Of a stretch of DNA of 64,000 bases, positions 11,733-24,630 are shown one piece after another. How positions within the stretch are numbered: the first letter of the stretch is position 1; every line of letters begins with the position of its first letter. Under the pieces are notes generated by a model. The model ran no database searches. It was not told the DNA's origin and saw nothing but the letters and a program-made list of their open reading frames with translations. Origin of the DNA: Rebecca billardiae RCC1528 (taxonomy: Eukaryota > Protista > Haptophyta); NCBI GenBank assembly GCA_965240325.2, contig OZ251244.1, positions 1,116,001 to 1,180,000 of the forward strand, read 5' to 3'. A program made the translations under genes and the position numbers.

Positions 11733-14700
11733 ATGGACGAGCTGACCGACGCGGCGGCCGGGCCGGCGCCGCCCGAGCCGGACTCGGTGGCCGAGCTCTG
11801 CGCCCTGCTCCGCCGCCCGCCCGCCGAGCGCTCGCACGTCGACCGCGAGCGCGTGCGCGCGCTCGTCCGCGCGCTGAACCCTGCGGTCCTCTCACAGCTA
11901 CGGATGCACCACTCGGGCGCGGAGGGGGGCGGCGAGGCGGGGCACGGGGAGGGCGACGCGGCGCTGAGCGAGGACGACATCCTCGACCGCCTCCTCGCGC
12001 ACGCCGCCTGCGTCGCCCTCCCGCCTGGCCGCACGCTCGCGCGCCCGTCCGCGTTCCCTGAGAGAGTGCTCGTGGTGGCGGCGGGCCGCGTCGAGCTGCT
12101 CGAGCCGCGGATCGTCGCGGCGGCGGACGAGGAGAGCGACGAGGACGAGCCGAACGGCTCCGACCCGCTCGTCTCCCCCGACAAGCCCGGCCGGCGCATC
12201 ACGTGGAAGGCGCTGTCGTACGGGCGGCGGATCAGCGTGGAGCGACCGTGGCGCGCGCGCGTCGTCGGCCGCGGCGCGTGCATCGGGCTGCTGTCGCTGG
12301 CGCAGCACAACGCGCGGAACGACTACGAGGCGACGGTGTACCCCCGCCCCGACGCCGACGTCGAGGCGGCCGCGACACCCGCGTCCGCCGCGCAGCCGCC
12401 GCAGAGGCCGCCGCCGCCGCCCGCGCGGCTGAACAGCGCGCTTGAGAGAGGCGCGGGCGAAGGCGAGTCGGAGGAGGAGTGGACGCCTGGCGGGTGGGCG
12501 TGGGTGCTGGCGATCCCGCGCGCCGCGGCGCTCTCCTTCCTCGTCCCGAGCTACCGCCGCACGCTCCAGCAGCGCATGACGCTGCTCCGCAACACAGCGA
12601 TCTTCAAGACGTGGGCGCAAGAGGCGCTTGGTCAGCTGTGCGACCGGCTGACTCAGCGCACGCTGCGGCCGGACGAGGTGCTGTTTCGTCAGAACGACCC
12701 GGCGGAGTTCTGCTTCCTCGTGATCTCGGGCGGCGTCGACGTCTGCGTGCACACGCACGCGCGCCCGCCGCCGCCGCTCGCCGACGCGCCGCGCGAGGGC
12801 GGCGCGCTCGCGCGCGCACGGTGGGAGCTGCTGCGCCAGTGCACGAGCAGAGGCGGCGCGCACGCGCGCGCGCCGCTGCGCCTCGTCTCGACGCTGCACG
12901 CGGGCGCGCTGGTGGGCGAGGCGGCGCTGCTCACGGACGGGCTGCGCCGCAACGCCACGGTGATGGGCTCGGCGGCGGGTGGCGGCGGCGGCGGCGGCAG
13001 CGGCGCGCAGCCAGCCTCCAGCCCCGCCGCCGCCGCGTCGGCCGCGTCCGCCGCCGCGGCAGCGGACGCGCTCACCTCGCTCGGGATGGGCGGCGCGGTG
13101 CTCCTGCTGCTCTCGAAGGACGACCTGCTCGCGGCGCTCACAGAACGTGCGCGCGCCGGGCCGCGCCGCGCCGCGCCCTCGCTGCGCTGCGCTGCGCCCA
13201 CTCCGGGAAGCCTCCGCCTTTTCCCCGCCGGTTTATTATAATTTGTTTATTTGCTACTGTACTGTTTATGATGAGCGTGTGTGTGGCTGTAGGCTGTGCC
13301 TGAGCAGATGCCATTGCCAGCCGTGTGGCCGTGCTGTGTGGCGTATGGTTCAGCACGGTGCACGTGTGCGGGCCGGCGCGTGCCCGTGCGCCCTGACCCT
13401 CGTGGTGGTGAAGGCGGTCGTCGTCGAGCTACGCGTATGAGCATCACTCAACTGCCAAGGGGACTGGCCCGTTGGCACTGCAGCCGCAGCGGGGCGATGG
13501 GCGCTGGTGCTTCCACCCGGAAGCTGCTGCTGCGGCTGCTGCTGCTGCGGCGGCGGCTGCTGCTGCGCGGTGGCGCCAGTGCGCGTGCGCGCGCGCGCCG
13601 CGCCCACCTGACCGGCCGCGACTCCGCCGCGCGCTGCTCCGTAGGTATGCTCCGGGCCGCGCGCGCCGAGGCGGCGTTCAACGTCGCCTGCTCCAAGCCG
13701 CGCGCCGACCGCACCGACGCCGACGTCTCCGCGCTGTATGAGCGCGTGCACGCGCTGCCGCTCTTCGCGCGCCTGCCGGAGGCGTCGACGCGCGAGCTGT
13801 GCCGCGGCCTGACGTACGCACGCGTCGGCGCGGGCGTGCGCATCTGCGCGCACCCCAAGGGTGGCCCCGGGCTAGGCCCGGGCGGCGGCGGCGGTGCCGC
13901 CGCCGGCGGTGCCGCCGCCGCCGGCGCGGCGCACGCCGGTACCAAGGCGCCGCACACGCAGCTGGGCTTCGCCGCGACCGACGTGCTCGTCATGCTCTCG
14001 GGCCAGGCGAGTGTGCACGTGCACGTGTCTGTCAACGCGCTCACCGGACGGTTATACTCGCACGCGACGATTGTTGGCGGGGCGGGGAGCGGCGCGGCGG
14101 GCGGCGAGGGCGGCGAGGAGCGGCCGGCGCGGCGGAGGCGCAAGGGCGTCACGCCGGCGACGGCCGCGCTCGCAGCCGCCGCGGTCGCCGCCAACGCCAA
14201 CTCCGCGCGCACAGACGCGAGCGGCGACGGTGGCGACGGCGGCGGCGGCACTGCGGACGCGACGCCGCCGCACGCGCCGCGCCGCCGCTCGGAGCTCGGC
14301 CGCGCCGAGGCGCGCGCGCTGCGGCTCTTCGAGGAGAGCGCACAGGTGGCGGAGGCGGCGCGCGCGTTTGCCGGCGCCGGCGCGACGCGCGAGGGCCACG
14401 CCGCCGCCGCCGTCGCCACGCTCGCACACGGACAGTCCCACGGCTGGCGCTGGGAGACGGTCGAGCGCACCGCCGGTGCGGGTGATTCGATCAACGAGGC
14501 CGCCGCCGCGCTCGGCGACCCGCCCGACTCCTCCGCGCGCGCGCTGGGCCCGGTGGAGGTGCTCGCCATCTCGCGCGCCGCGTACCGCGCGCACGGCGGC
14601 GCGGCGGCGTACGCGGCCGAGCTCGAGGCCACCTCGGCAGAGCTGCTTCGAAGTGGGCTCTTTCCCGGCCCGCGCCTGGCAGAGCAGCACGCGCCGCCCG

Positions 14701-16187
14701 GGCTGGGCGCGGCGGCGCGCGCGGCCGCGGAGGCGGAGCTCCTGCGGATCGCGCCGCTGTTCCGCGCGTGCTCGCTGCGCCGCGGCCAGCTGCTCGCGTC
14801 CGAGCGCGCGCCCGCGCCCGCGCGCGCGCTGATCATTGTCAGCGGCGAGTGTCGACTGACCGTCTCGGCTCACGACGCGCTTACACACCTGCGCGAGGCG
14901 CAGCAGGCGGCGGAGACGAGCGCGATGCTGGCGCGGATGCGCGCGCCGCCGGGCAGCGGGGCCGCCGCCGCGCCGCTGCCGACGGTGGCGACGGCGGCGA
15001 GCGCGGCGGCGACGGGCGTGGCGGCGGCGGCGGCGGCGGCGGCGGCTGCGCGCCCGGCCGCGGACGCGCACGCCGACGCCGCCGCCGACGCGGCCGCGGC
15101 GGCGGTCCCAGCGGCGTCGGCCGGCACGGCCGCCCATCATCCGCACGCCGGCAGCCCGCTGCCCGCGCTCGGCGCGCTCGGCAGCGGCGCGCGCCGCGGC
15201 TCGACCGGTCCGCCGGCAATGCTCAGCGTCACGATGCTGGGCGGCGGCAACGTCTTCTGCGCCGCCACGCTCGTCGGGCTGGTCGAGCGGTACGCGTGGC
15301 GACTCGACGCGCACACGCCGCTGCGCGCGCTCGACATCGCCGACGCCGAGCTGCGCAAGCTGCTCCGCGGCGTCGGCGAGCGACAGCTCGAGACGCGCGG
15401 CGCGACGATGCGCGCCTGGATCGCCACGCGGACGGAGGAGGTGGTTCGCGCCGCGCACGCCGCGAGCGCGCTCTCGCCGCCGCCGCGCGCGGCCGCGGCG
15501 CGCGCGCTCGGCAGCCTCGAGCTGACGCCGCGCGCGCGCCGTTCGCGCGCGGCGCACGGCGCGCGCGCCGCCGGGCGGCCGGGCGGCCTCGATGGCGAGG
15601 GCGGTGGCGGTGGTGGCGGTGACGACGACGACGACGTGCCGCGCGCGCGCGCGGTGCCGGGGCGCGCCCCACCCGCCGTCCGCTCCCACGCGGCGCAGCA
15701 GCACCCGCCGCCGCCGCGCGCGCCCGCGCGCAGCTTTGCGAGCGCGACCTATGCCGCGCCGCCGGGCGCCCACCACGACGCGTCGCAGCCGCCGCGCGGG
15801 CGGCTGCACTCAGTCTCGCGCGGCGGCACGGTGCGCTCGCGGCCGCGGCGCGCGGCCGCGGCCGAGGCGGGCGCGGGCAGGGCCCCGACGGGGGCTGCGG
15901 CGGCGGGCGCGTGGCGCGGGGCCGAGCCGTCGCCGCCGCTCCCGCTCCTCACGCTGCCGCTGCCCTCCGTCGTCTCCGTCGCCGGGCGCGCGCCGCAGCC
16001 CGACGCCGCCGCCGACTCGAGCTCGCTCAGCCCGGGCCGGCGCGCGGCGCGTGACATGCACCGCCTGCCCAAGATGGGCGTTGACCCGAGCCGGTTCGCG
16101 CCGGCCGCGCCGCTCGCGGCGGAGGTGGACAAGCGGCGCCGACACTTTGTGTACGCCACCGACCTGCTCATCCGTGGCTACAGCTGA
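11733..16187 (+). CDS. Cyclic-nucleotide-binding domain protein with several, partly degenerate cNMP domains; exons 11733-13146, 13645-16187
   Basis: Clear cNMP domain: LRNTAIFKTWAQEALGQLCDRLTQRTLRPDEVLFRQNDPAEFCFLVISGGVDV...LHAGALVGEAALL...RRNATV. Further degenerate copies: LPLFARLPEASTRELCRGL and LIIVSGECRL. A phase-1 intron GTGCGC(13147)..TAG(13644) joins the two long ORFs in frame. Confidence 0.78.
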
Positions 16188-16858
16188 TCGAGGGCGCGGC
16201 CGCGCGGCCGTCAGCCGCGACGAAGTCGAATGGCGGCGCGCGGCGCGCGCCGGCGCGCGACTGGTCTCAGAGCGCATGGCCGCTGCCGCATCGGCCCCGC
16301 GGGTCGCGCGCGAGGTGGGGCATCGTCCGAGGCAGCGACTTGCGCGAGGAGCGACGCGACGCGACGGCGTGGCCGCCGCTCGCCGCTGGCCGGCTGCGTC
16401 GTCCGGGCGGAGACGTCATGAGACATGAGCCGCCATCCGGCTTCGGCGGCTCCTCATGGCTCGTACCGTATGAGAAAGTCGTTGTCAATATCAATCATCA
16501 TCGAGCCCGCCGGTTGAGTTTACGACTACCGTAGTTCCAGTAGTCAAGTTTGACCTTGTGGAGTTGTGGGTACTTGCTTATATGTTTGAAAGCGACGTTT
16601 CGAGGACATGGCTTTTTCACGACGCCCAACTAGATAGGCTTTTGCGAAACGGACATCACGGAGAGGACTGGTCTTCGGCGTTACGCTCACAGCCGCAGAC
16701 TTAGGTTTCAGGCAATGATACTAAGGTATTGTAGTAGTACCGTTCGCTCGTAGTAATCAGTGAGCTGGTCGGAGCGCTCACGAAAGGGACTCCCGTCCAC
16801 GGCCGCGCGCGTGGCCTCGATCGAAACCGTGCGAACGGCCGGGAGGGACCGCGGCGCG

Positions 16859-19800
16859 ATGGGCAGCTCCGTCGGCGCTCGAACGGCGGCGCTCCTCAGT
16901 GTGTGCGGCGCCGCCGTGGCCATCGACTACACCGCCACAGCCGCCGCCTTCGAGCCGCCGCCGCAGTTCTCCTCCGGCGGCGGAGGCGAGCTGAACGTGA
17001 CTCTCACGCTCGACGCCTTCCGCTACGAAAGCCCGTCGGGTGCGCTCCGAGCGCGCGCGCCGCCGCGCGCTGCAAGCACGCGCCGCGCGGCGACTCGAGC
17101 GAGGGCGCGCGCGTGCGCGCCCTCTCACCGCGACGATGCGCGCCCGACACCTGGGCGCCGCGTGTGCGCGCGCACCACCGCCGCCGCGACCGCTCGCTCG
17201 ACAACATCCACCGTTCCTCTTCAGGCACGGCATGGTGGTCGCGCGGGTTCAACGGCGGGATACCAGGCCCGGCGATCCGCGTCACGGCGGGCGACACGCT
17301 GCGGATCCAGCTCGTCAACGCCCTCGGCCCGGAGCCCACCGACACGTCGGCGCAGCACAACCAGTTCCGCCAGCCGAACCACACGAACGTGCACACGCAC
17401 GGGCTGCACATCGGGAGCGCCGAGCCGGCCGACAGCGTCTTCGTCGTGGTCGCGCCGGGCGAGTCGTACGCGTACGAGTACGCGCTCCCGACGTACCACA
17501 TGGGCGGCACGCACTGGTACCACCCGCACCACCACGGATCCACCGCGCTGCAGGCGGGCGGCGGCGCGGCCGGTCTGCTGATTGTGGACGACGCGCCGGG
17601 GGAGGTGCCGCCCGAGCTGGCCGCGGCGCCCGAGGTGCTGATGATGCTGTACCACGTGGACACGGACGAGCTCGAGCGCGCCGAGTCGAGCTCGGGCGGC
17701 GCGCTCACCCAGCTCGACGGCCCCGCGCTCGAGACAGTCCTCGTCAACGGCCAGACGCAGCCGGTGCTCACCGTGGACGCTGGCGTGTGGCACCGCTTCC
17801 GGTTCGCGTACGCGGCCGTGGTCGGCACGTCGCACGTGCGGCTGAGCGGATGCGAGCTCGGACTGGTCGCCAAGGACGGCGTGTACCTGCACGACGCGCC
17901 GCGCACCGTCAGCTCCGTCCGGCTGTACCCGGGTGCGCGCGCCGACGTGCTCGTGCGCTGCGCGACGCCCGGCGCCTCGTACGCGCTGGAGGCGTTTGAC
18001 GAAACCCGGCGGCGGCGGGGGCGGCGGCGGCGGCTGCAGGGCGGGCGGGCGCTGTACACGGGGACGATCGCGACGGTCTCGACGCTCAGCTCGCCCTCCG
18101 ACGGCGCGACCGCGCCCTTTCCCGCCTTCTCCGTCCACCGTCCGTGCTACCTAGCCGACCTCCGCGACGCCGGCGCTCAGATCTCGGCAGAGTCGCCGTT
18201 CGCGATCGGGCTCGGCCCGGCGCCGACGATCAACGGGGCGACGTTCAGCGGCGCGGGCACGTACCTGCACACGATGGGCGTGGGCGAGGTGCAGGAGTGG
18301 GCCCTCGACGGGCTGCGCGGCCACCCCTTCCACCTGCACATCAACCCGTTCCAGCTGGTTGACATGGCGGAAAGCGACTACTTCAAGCTCGGTGCGTGGG
18401 CATGCGGTTGCTGCTGCTGCTGCGGCGGCGGCTGCTGCTGCTGCTGCTGCTGAAGCTGAAGCTGCTGCTGCTGCCTGCACCCGCGCGTGCGCCCGCCGGC
18501 CCGCCCGCCCGCCATCCGCACCGGACCACATCCGACATCAGCAGCGCACTCACTCATCACTCATCATCGTGCCCCTGATGCGCCACAATGATGGCTGCTG
18601 CTTGTGCACTTGTTGCGCCGGCGCAGGCGACTGGCACGACACGCTGCTGCACGACACCGACCGCACCGTGACCGTCCGCTTCCAGACGGACTTCTTCGTG
18701 GGCGCGCAGGTGCTGCACTGCCACATCCTGAGACACGAGGACCTAGGGATGATGGCGGTTACGCAGATCGCAGGCGCGGAGGGCGGCGTGTGGGCGGGGG
18801 CGGAGGGGCTCGACCCCTCGTGCTACCGGGACTCGACGCGCGGGTACACGTGTGCAGAGTGCGCGCCGGTCATCCCGGCGCCGCCGCCCAGCCCGCCGCC
18901 CAGCTCACCGCCGCCGTCGAGCCCGCCGCTGTCGAGCCCGCCACTCCGCCCGCCACCTAGCACGCCGTCGCGCCCGCCGCCCAGCCCACCACCAAGCCCG
19001 CCGCCGCCATCAGCTCCACCGCCCGGCCCGCCGCCCAGCCCGCCGCCCGACGCGCCTCCAAGCCCGCCACCGAGCCCGCCGCCGAGCCCGCCGCCCAGCC
19101 CGCCGCCCAGCCCACCACCGAGCCCGCCACCGAGCCCGCCGCCGGCTCCACCGCCCGACTCACCCCCCAGGCCACCGCCACCAAGACCGCCACCGGCCGC
19201 GCCGCCAGGCCCGCCGCCGGGCCCGCCGCCGAGCCCGCCGCCAAGCCCGCCGCCGCCAAGCCCGCCGCCGAGCCAACCGCCGCCGAGCCCGCCGCCGAGC
19301 CAACCGCTGCCCAGCCCGCCGCCGCCCAAGGCACCGCCACCAAGCCCACCGTCGCCGCCGTTGCCAAGCCCGCCGCCCAGCCCGCCGTCCCCTTCTACGC
19401 CGCAGCCAACGCCACAGTCGCCGCCGCCGAGCCCACCGCCCAGCCCGCCGCCCCCTTCACTGCAGCCAAGCCCGCCGCCGCCGCGAGCCCGGCCCCTTCC
19501 GCCGCCATCGCCGCCCTCGCCACCGCCCAGCCCGCCGCCGCCACCACCACCGAGCCCGCCGCCCAGCCCACCGCCCCGCTCGCCGCCGCCCAGCCCGCCG
19601 CCGCCACCGCCACCGAGCCCGCCGCCCAGCCCACCGCCCCGCTCGTCGCCGCCCAGCCCGCCGCCACCGCCGCCGCCCAGCCCGCCGCCGCCACCGCCAC
19701 CGAGCCCGCCGCCCAGCCCACCGCCCCGCTCGCCGCCGCCCAGCCCGCCGCCACCGCCGCCGCCCAGCCCGCCGCCCAGCCCACCGCCCGTGCCACCGCC

Positions 19801-21019
19801 ACCGAGCCCGCCGCCGAGCCCACCGCCATCGTCGCCGCCACCGCCGTCACCTCCAAGCTCGCCGCCGAGCTCGCCGCCGAGCCCACCGCCCGCGCCGCCG
19901 CCACCGAGCCCGCCACTCCCACCACCACCATCGTCGCCGCCACCGCCGCCACCACCGAGCCTACTGCCCAGCCCGCCACCATCGCCGCCGCCGGCGCCGC
20001 CACCTCCAAGCTCGCCGCCGAGCTCGCCGCCGAGCCCACCGCCCGCGCCGCCGCCACCGAGTCCGCGACCACCACCACCGCCATCGCCACCACCGGCGCC
20101 TCCGCCACCGAGCCCACCGCCACCACCGCTACCATCGCCGCTGCCAGCGCCGCCGCCACCGAGCCCGCCGCCGAGCCCACCGCCGAGCCCGCCGCCGGCG
20201 CCGCCATCGCCACATCACCCGCCCCCACCAAGCGCACCACCTTGGGCGCCGCCCCGCGCTGCGCCGAGCCCGCCGCCGAGCCCTCCGCCGTTGCCGCTGG
20301 GCCAGGCGCAGCCCTCGTCGCCGCCGACGCGCCCGCCTTCGCGCCCGCCCCCACCGTCCCCACCGCCAGCCCCGCCGCCCTCACCGCCGCCGCCGCCTCC
20401 CTCGCCCCCGGCGCCGCCGTCGCCTCCGCCGAGCCCGCCTGGCCGCATCGTCACGATCGAGGTGGTCGTCGCCACGTCCATGGAGAGCTTTGACGAGGCG
20501 GCGCGCGCGAACTACACGGCGAGCCTGGCGCGCGTGCTCGGCGTCGACGCCTCGCGCATCCGCATCGTGCGCGTCACGGAGGGCAGCGTGCGCGTCGAGA
20601 CTGAGATTTTCGATCTCGATTCCGACGGCGTCAGCGTGGCCGAGGCCGTGCGGGGGCTCTCCGCGTCGCAGCTGTCGAGCGAGCTGGGGATGGTTGTGGA
20701 GCAGGCAGCGGTGACGGACGCGGGCAAATCGCCCCCACCACCGCTCGCGCCGCCGCCCCCGTCGGCACCGCCTCACGCGCCGCCGCTACTCGCGCCGCCA
20801 GGGCGCGTCGGCGCAGCGTCGGCCAGCGAGCTGCTGGGCTCCTCAGCCGTCATCGCGCTGTCCGCCGGAGGCGGCGGGCTCGGCTGCTGCTGCCTCGCGG
20901 CAGGGGCCTTCTTCGCGTGGCGCGCGTGCGCACGGCGCAGAAGATCGCTCCAGGCGCCGCTGTTCCTGAGCGGGGCCGGGGAGGCGGAAGAGGGCCGGAC
21001 GCGGCCCCGGCCGGTGTGA
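16859..21019 (+). CDS. Type I membrane-anchored multicopper oxidase (laccase/CueO-like) with Ser-Pro stalk, SEA-like module and TM; exons 16859-17039, 17225-18391, 18627-21019
   Basis: Signal peptide. All four Cu-binding motifs are present: TNVHTHG, HWYHPHHHG, HPFHLHINPF and LHCHILRHEDLGMM. These are followed by ~520 aa of SPPP repeats (18875-20440), RIRIVRVTEGSVRVE, a hydrophobic helix, and the basic stop-transfer WRACARRRR. Two phase-1 introns. Confidence 0.92.
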
Positions 21020-21299
21020 AGATGCGGGATGCGTTGATGCGGAATGTCGTTCCGTCCGTCAATGATTAATGAATCTGGTTGAGGTGATGAATATACTGGC
21101 GCGACGAGCGTCGAGCTGTGTTGACGGCCCCATACCAGATGCATAGGAGCACGAAATAGGAGCCCGAAATAGCCACAAGAGACGTCACTTTCGATCGTTG
21201 CTCCTCGAGATGCACGCGAATCGGCCAATCAGCAGGGCGCGTTCGCTCGGGAGCTAAACCGTGACGCCGAGCGACGAGGGTGCAAACAGGGCGGACGCG

Positions 21300-23753
21300 A
21301 TGGCCTTGGTAGCGCGCCTCTGCCTGCTCCTCGCGCTGGGCGCGGCCGCGCCGCGCGGCGCGTCGGCCGCCGGGCCGTGCACGGCCGCGGGCGACGACCC
21401 TTGGGCCCACGGCTGGCCCAAGCGCACCTGCTGCGCCGGCCTCTCCGAGTGCAAGAGCGACTTTGACTCGGACGGCGTCGCTTCGTTCCTCTGCCTCGCG
21501 TCGTGCGGCGCGCCGCCCGAGCCGGGCATGTGCACGGGCGCGGCGGCCGACCCGTGGGCGTCGGGCTCGGAGAAGCTGTGCTGCGACGGCCTCCACCCGT
21601 GCTTCGGCGACTTCGACGCCGACGGCGTCGCCTCCTTCCTCTGCCTCGACTCGTGCGACGCGATCCCGCGCGGCTCGTCGTTGTGCGCGGACGAGGCGGA
21701 GGACCCGTATGCGAGCGGCGCGGTCCGGCCGTGCTGCGCCGGGATGGACGCGTGCCTGTTCCAGTTCGACGGCCCGGACGCGCCCGCCTCGTGGCAGTGC
21801 CACGCCGACTGCGCGCAGCTCTGGACGCCGTCGGCGCCGCCCGCGCCGTCCGCGCCGCCCGCGCCGTCCGCGCCGCCCGCGCCCTCCTCGCCGCCGGCGG
21901 TGCCGGCGGGGATCTCGACGTGCGAGTCGGTGGGCGACCCGCACGTCACCACCTTTGACGGCGCGCGGTACGAGTACCAGGGCCTCGGCGCCTTCGAGCT
22001 CGCGCACGTGCCCGCCGTGCCGCTCGACGTACACACGTACCAGTGCCGCTGGGGCGTGGCGGCCGCGGCCAACACGGCGGTGGCGTGGACGCTCGGCGCG
22101 CACCGGTACGAGGTGTACGGCGAGACGCTGCTGATCGACGGCGTGGTGCCGGGCTTCTTCGCCGCCGCCGCCGCCGCCGCCGCCGAGCTGCCCCGCGCTA
22201 CGCTGCGCGCGCGCCTCTTCCGCCGCGCGCGGTGCGAGCACCGTCTGGACGACGGTGCGCTGATCCAGCTCGGCTGCATCGGCGCGTCCGACGCCCCGCT
22301 CGACCAGGTCCGGGTGCTGCTCGGCCGGACGGCAGTGATCGCGCTGCGCCGCACGGGGCACTTCACCACGGGCCACTGGTTCGACGTGTACGTGCGCACG
22401 CGCACCTCGTACGTCGCGGACGACGCAGACGTTCACGGGCTGTGCGCCGACCCGCTCGCGCCTGAGCGCAACGCGCTGCGCGGGGGGCTGTTCACTGTGA
22501 CTTCGCAGGCGTTCATCGCGATGGTGCGCACGTGCGACGAGGCGGCGGAGGTGCCGGACGAGCGGCCGTGCGAGCGCCCCGGCTTCGACTGCTGCGCGAT
22601 GGACGAGGCGCGCGCCGTGCGCCTCTGCGAGCACGTGCGCTGCGACGGCGTCACTTACGGCCGTTGCCTCTACGACTGCTGCGCCGCCGGCATCGACGAC
22701 TGTCGCCAAGCCTACCCGGTGCCGCTCACGTGCGCGAGCGGCGACGACGACGACGAGGAGGAGGAGGCGTGCACGCACGAGGGCGACGACCCGTGGCGGC
22801 GCGGCGAGCCGAAGCGCGCGTGCTGCGACGGTCTACGCGAGTGCCTCGGCGACTTCGACGCCGACGACGCCACGCCGTGGACCTTCAAGTGCTTCAACGG
22901 GACGTCTTGCCCCGCGCCCGCGCCGTCCGCGCCGCCCGCGCCGTCGGCGCCGCCCGCGCCGTCGGCGCCGCCCGCGCCGTCCGCGCCGCCCGCGCCGTCC
23001 GCGCCGCCCGTGCCGGCGTGCACGCACGCCGGCGCCGATCCGTGGGCGGGCGGCTGGCCCAAGCTGCCCTGCTGCCCAGAGCTGGCAGAGTGCCTCGGCG
23101 ACCACGACGGATCGGCCGAAACTGCATGGACGTACCTGTGCCTCGACGAGTGCGCGTGCACGCCCGAGGGCGGCGACCCGTGGCAGTTCGGCGAGCCGAA
23201 GCGCGCGTGCTGCGACGGGCTGAGCGAGTGCCTCGGCGACTTCGACGCCGACGACGCCACGCCGTGGTCCTTTCAATGTGTCCACGGCGACTGCCCTCCC
23301 TTCATGCCGTCGGCGCCGCCCGCGCCGTCGGCGCCGCCCGCGCCGTCCGCGCCGCCCGCGCCGTCCAAGCCGCCCGCGCCGTCCAAGCCTCCGTCGCCGG
23401 TGCCGCCACCGCCGCCGAGCCCGCCGCCTGCGCTGCCGCCCTCGACACCGCCGGCGTCGCCGCCCCCGCCGCCGCCCAGCCACCCGCCGCCGCACCCGCC
23501 GCCGCCCTCGGCACCGCCGAGCCCGCCGCCGCCCACCGGCTGCGGCGACTCCCTCGCGGACAACTTCGACCCCCTCGTCGTCGTCAACGCGCCGGGCGCG
23601 TGCCATTACCACGGCTGCATGGACCCGCTCGCGTGGAACTACGACTCGAGCGCGACGCACGATCCTGGAGAGCACTGCCGGTACGAGCCGCCGCCGAGCC
23701 CGCCGCCACCGCCCTCGCCGCCACCGAGCCACCCGCCGCCGCCGCCGAGCGCG

Positions 23754-23790
<37 letters not shown>

Positions 23791-24599
23791 CGCCGCATAG
23801 CCCGCCGCCCTCGCCGCCGCCGAGCCCGCCGCCGCCGACGGGCTGCGGCGACGAGGCGGCGGACAACTACGACCCGCTCGTCGTCGTCAACGTGCCGGGC
23901 GCGTGCCGCTACCACGGCTGCACCGACCCGCTCGCGTGGAACTACGACTCGAGCGCGACGCACGATCTGGGCACACACTGCCGGTACCAACCGCCGCCGA
24001 GCCAGCCACCGCCGCCCTCGCCGCCGCCGAGCCCGCCACCACCGTCGCCGAGCCCGCCGCCGCCGCCGCCGACCCCGCCGCCGCCGCCGCCGCCCGACTC
24101 GCCGCCACCGCCCTCGCCGAGCCCGCCGCCAAGCCCACCGCCGCCAAGCCCGCCGCCACCGCCCAGCCCGCCGCCGCCCTCGCCGCCACCACACCCGCCG
24201 CCGCCGAGCCCGCCGCCGAGCCCGCCGCCGCCGACCGGCTGCGGCGACCCGAAGGCGGACAACTACGACCCCCTCGTCGTCGTCAACGTGCCGGGCGCGT
24301 GCCACTACCACGGCTGCACCGACCCGCTCGCGTGGAACTACGACTCGAGCGCGACGCACGACTCTGGTGACCACTGCCGTTACGAGCCGCCGCCAAGCCC
24401 GCCGCCGCCGCCGTCGCCGCCGCCGAGCCCGGCGCCGCCACCGCCGTCGCCGAGGCCGCCGCCGCCGAGCCCGTCGCCGCCGCCGCCCTCGGCGCCGCCG
24501 CCGCCGAGCCCGCCGCCGCCGAGCCCGCCGCCGAGCCCGCCGCCGCCGAGCCCGCCGCCGCCAAGCCCGCCGCCGCCGCCTCCGCCCTCGCCGCCTCCG

Positions 24600-24630
<31 letters not shown>

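Noticed and set aside
18395-18475. Poly-Cys C-terminus (CGCCCCCGGGCCCCCC) on the oxidase ORF
   Set aside because: This is a (CTG)n microsatellite inside intron 18392-18626. The fourth Cu motif lies in the next exon.
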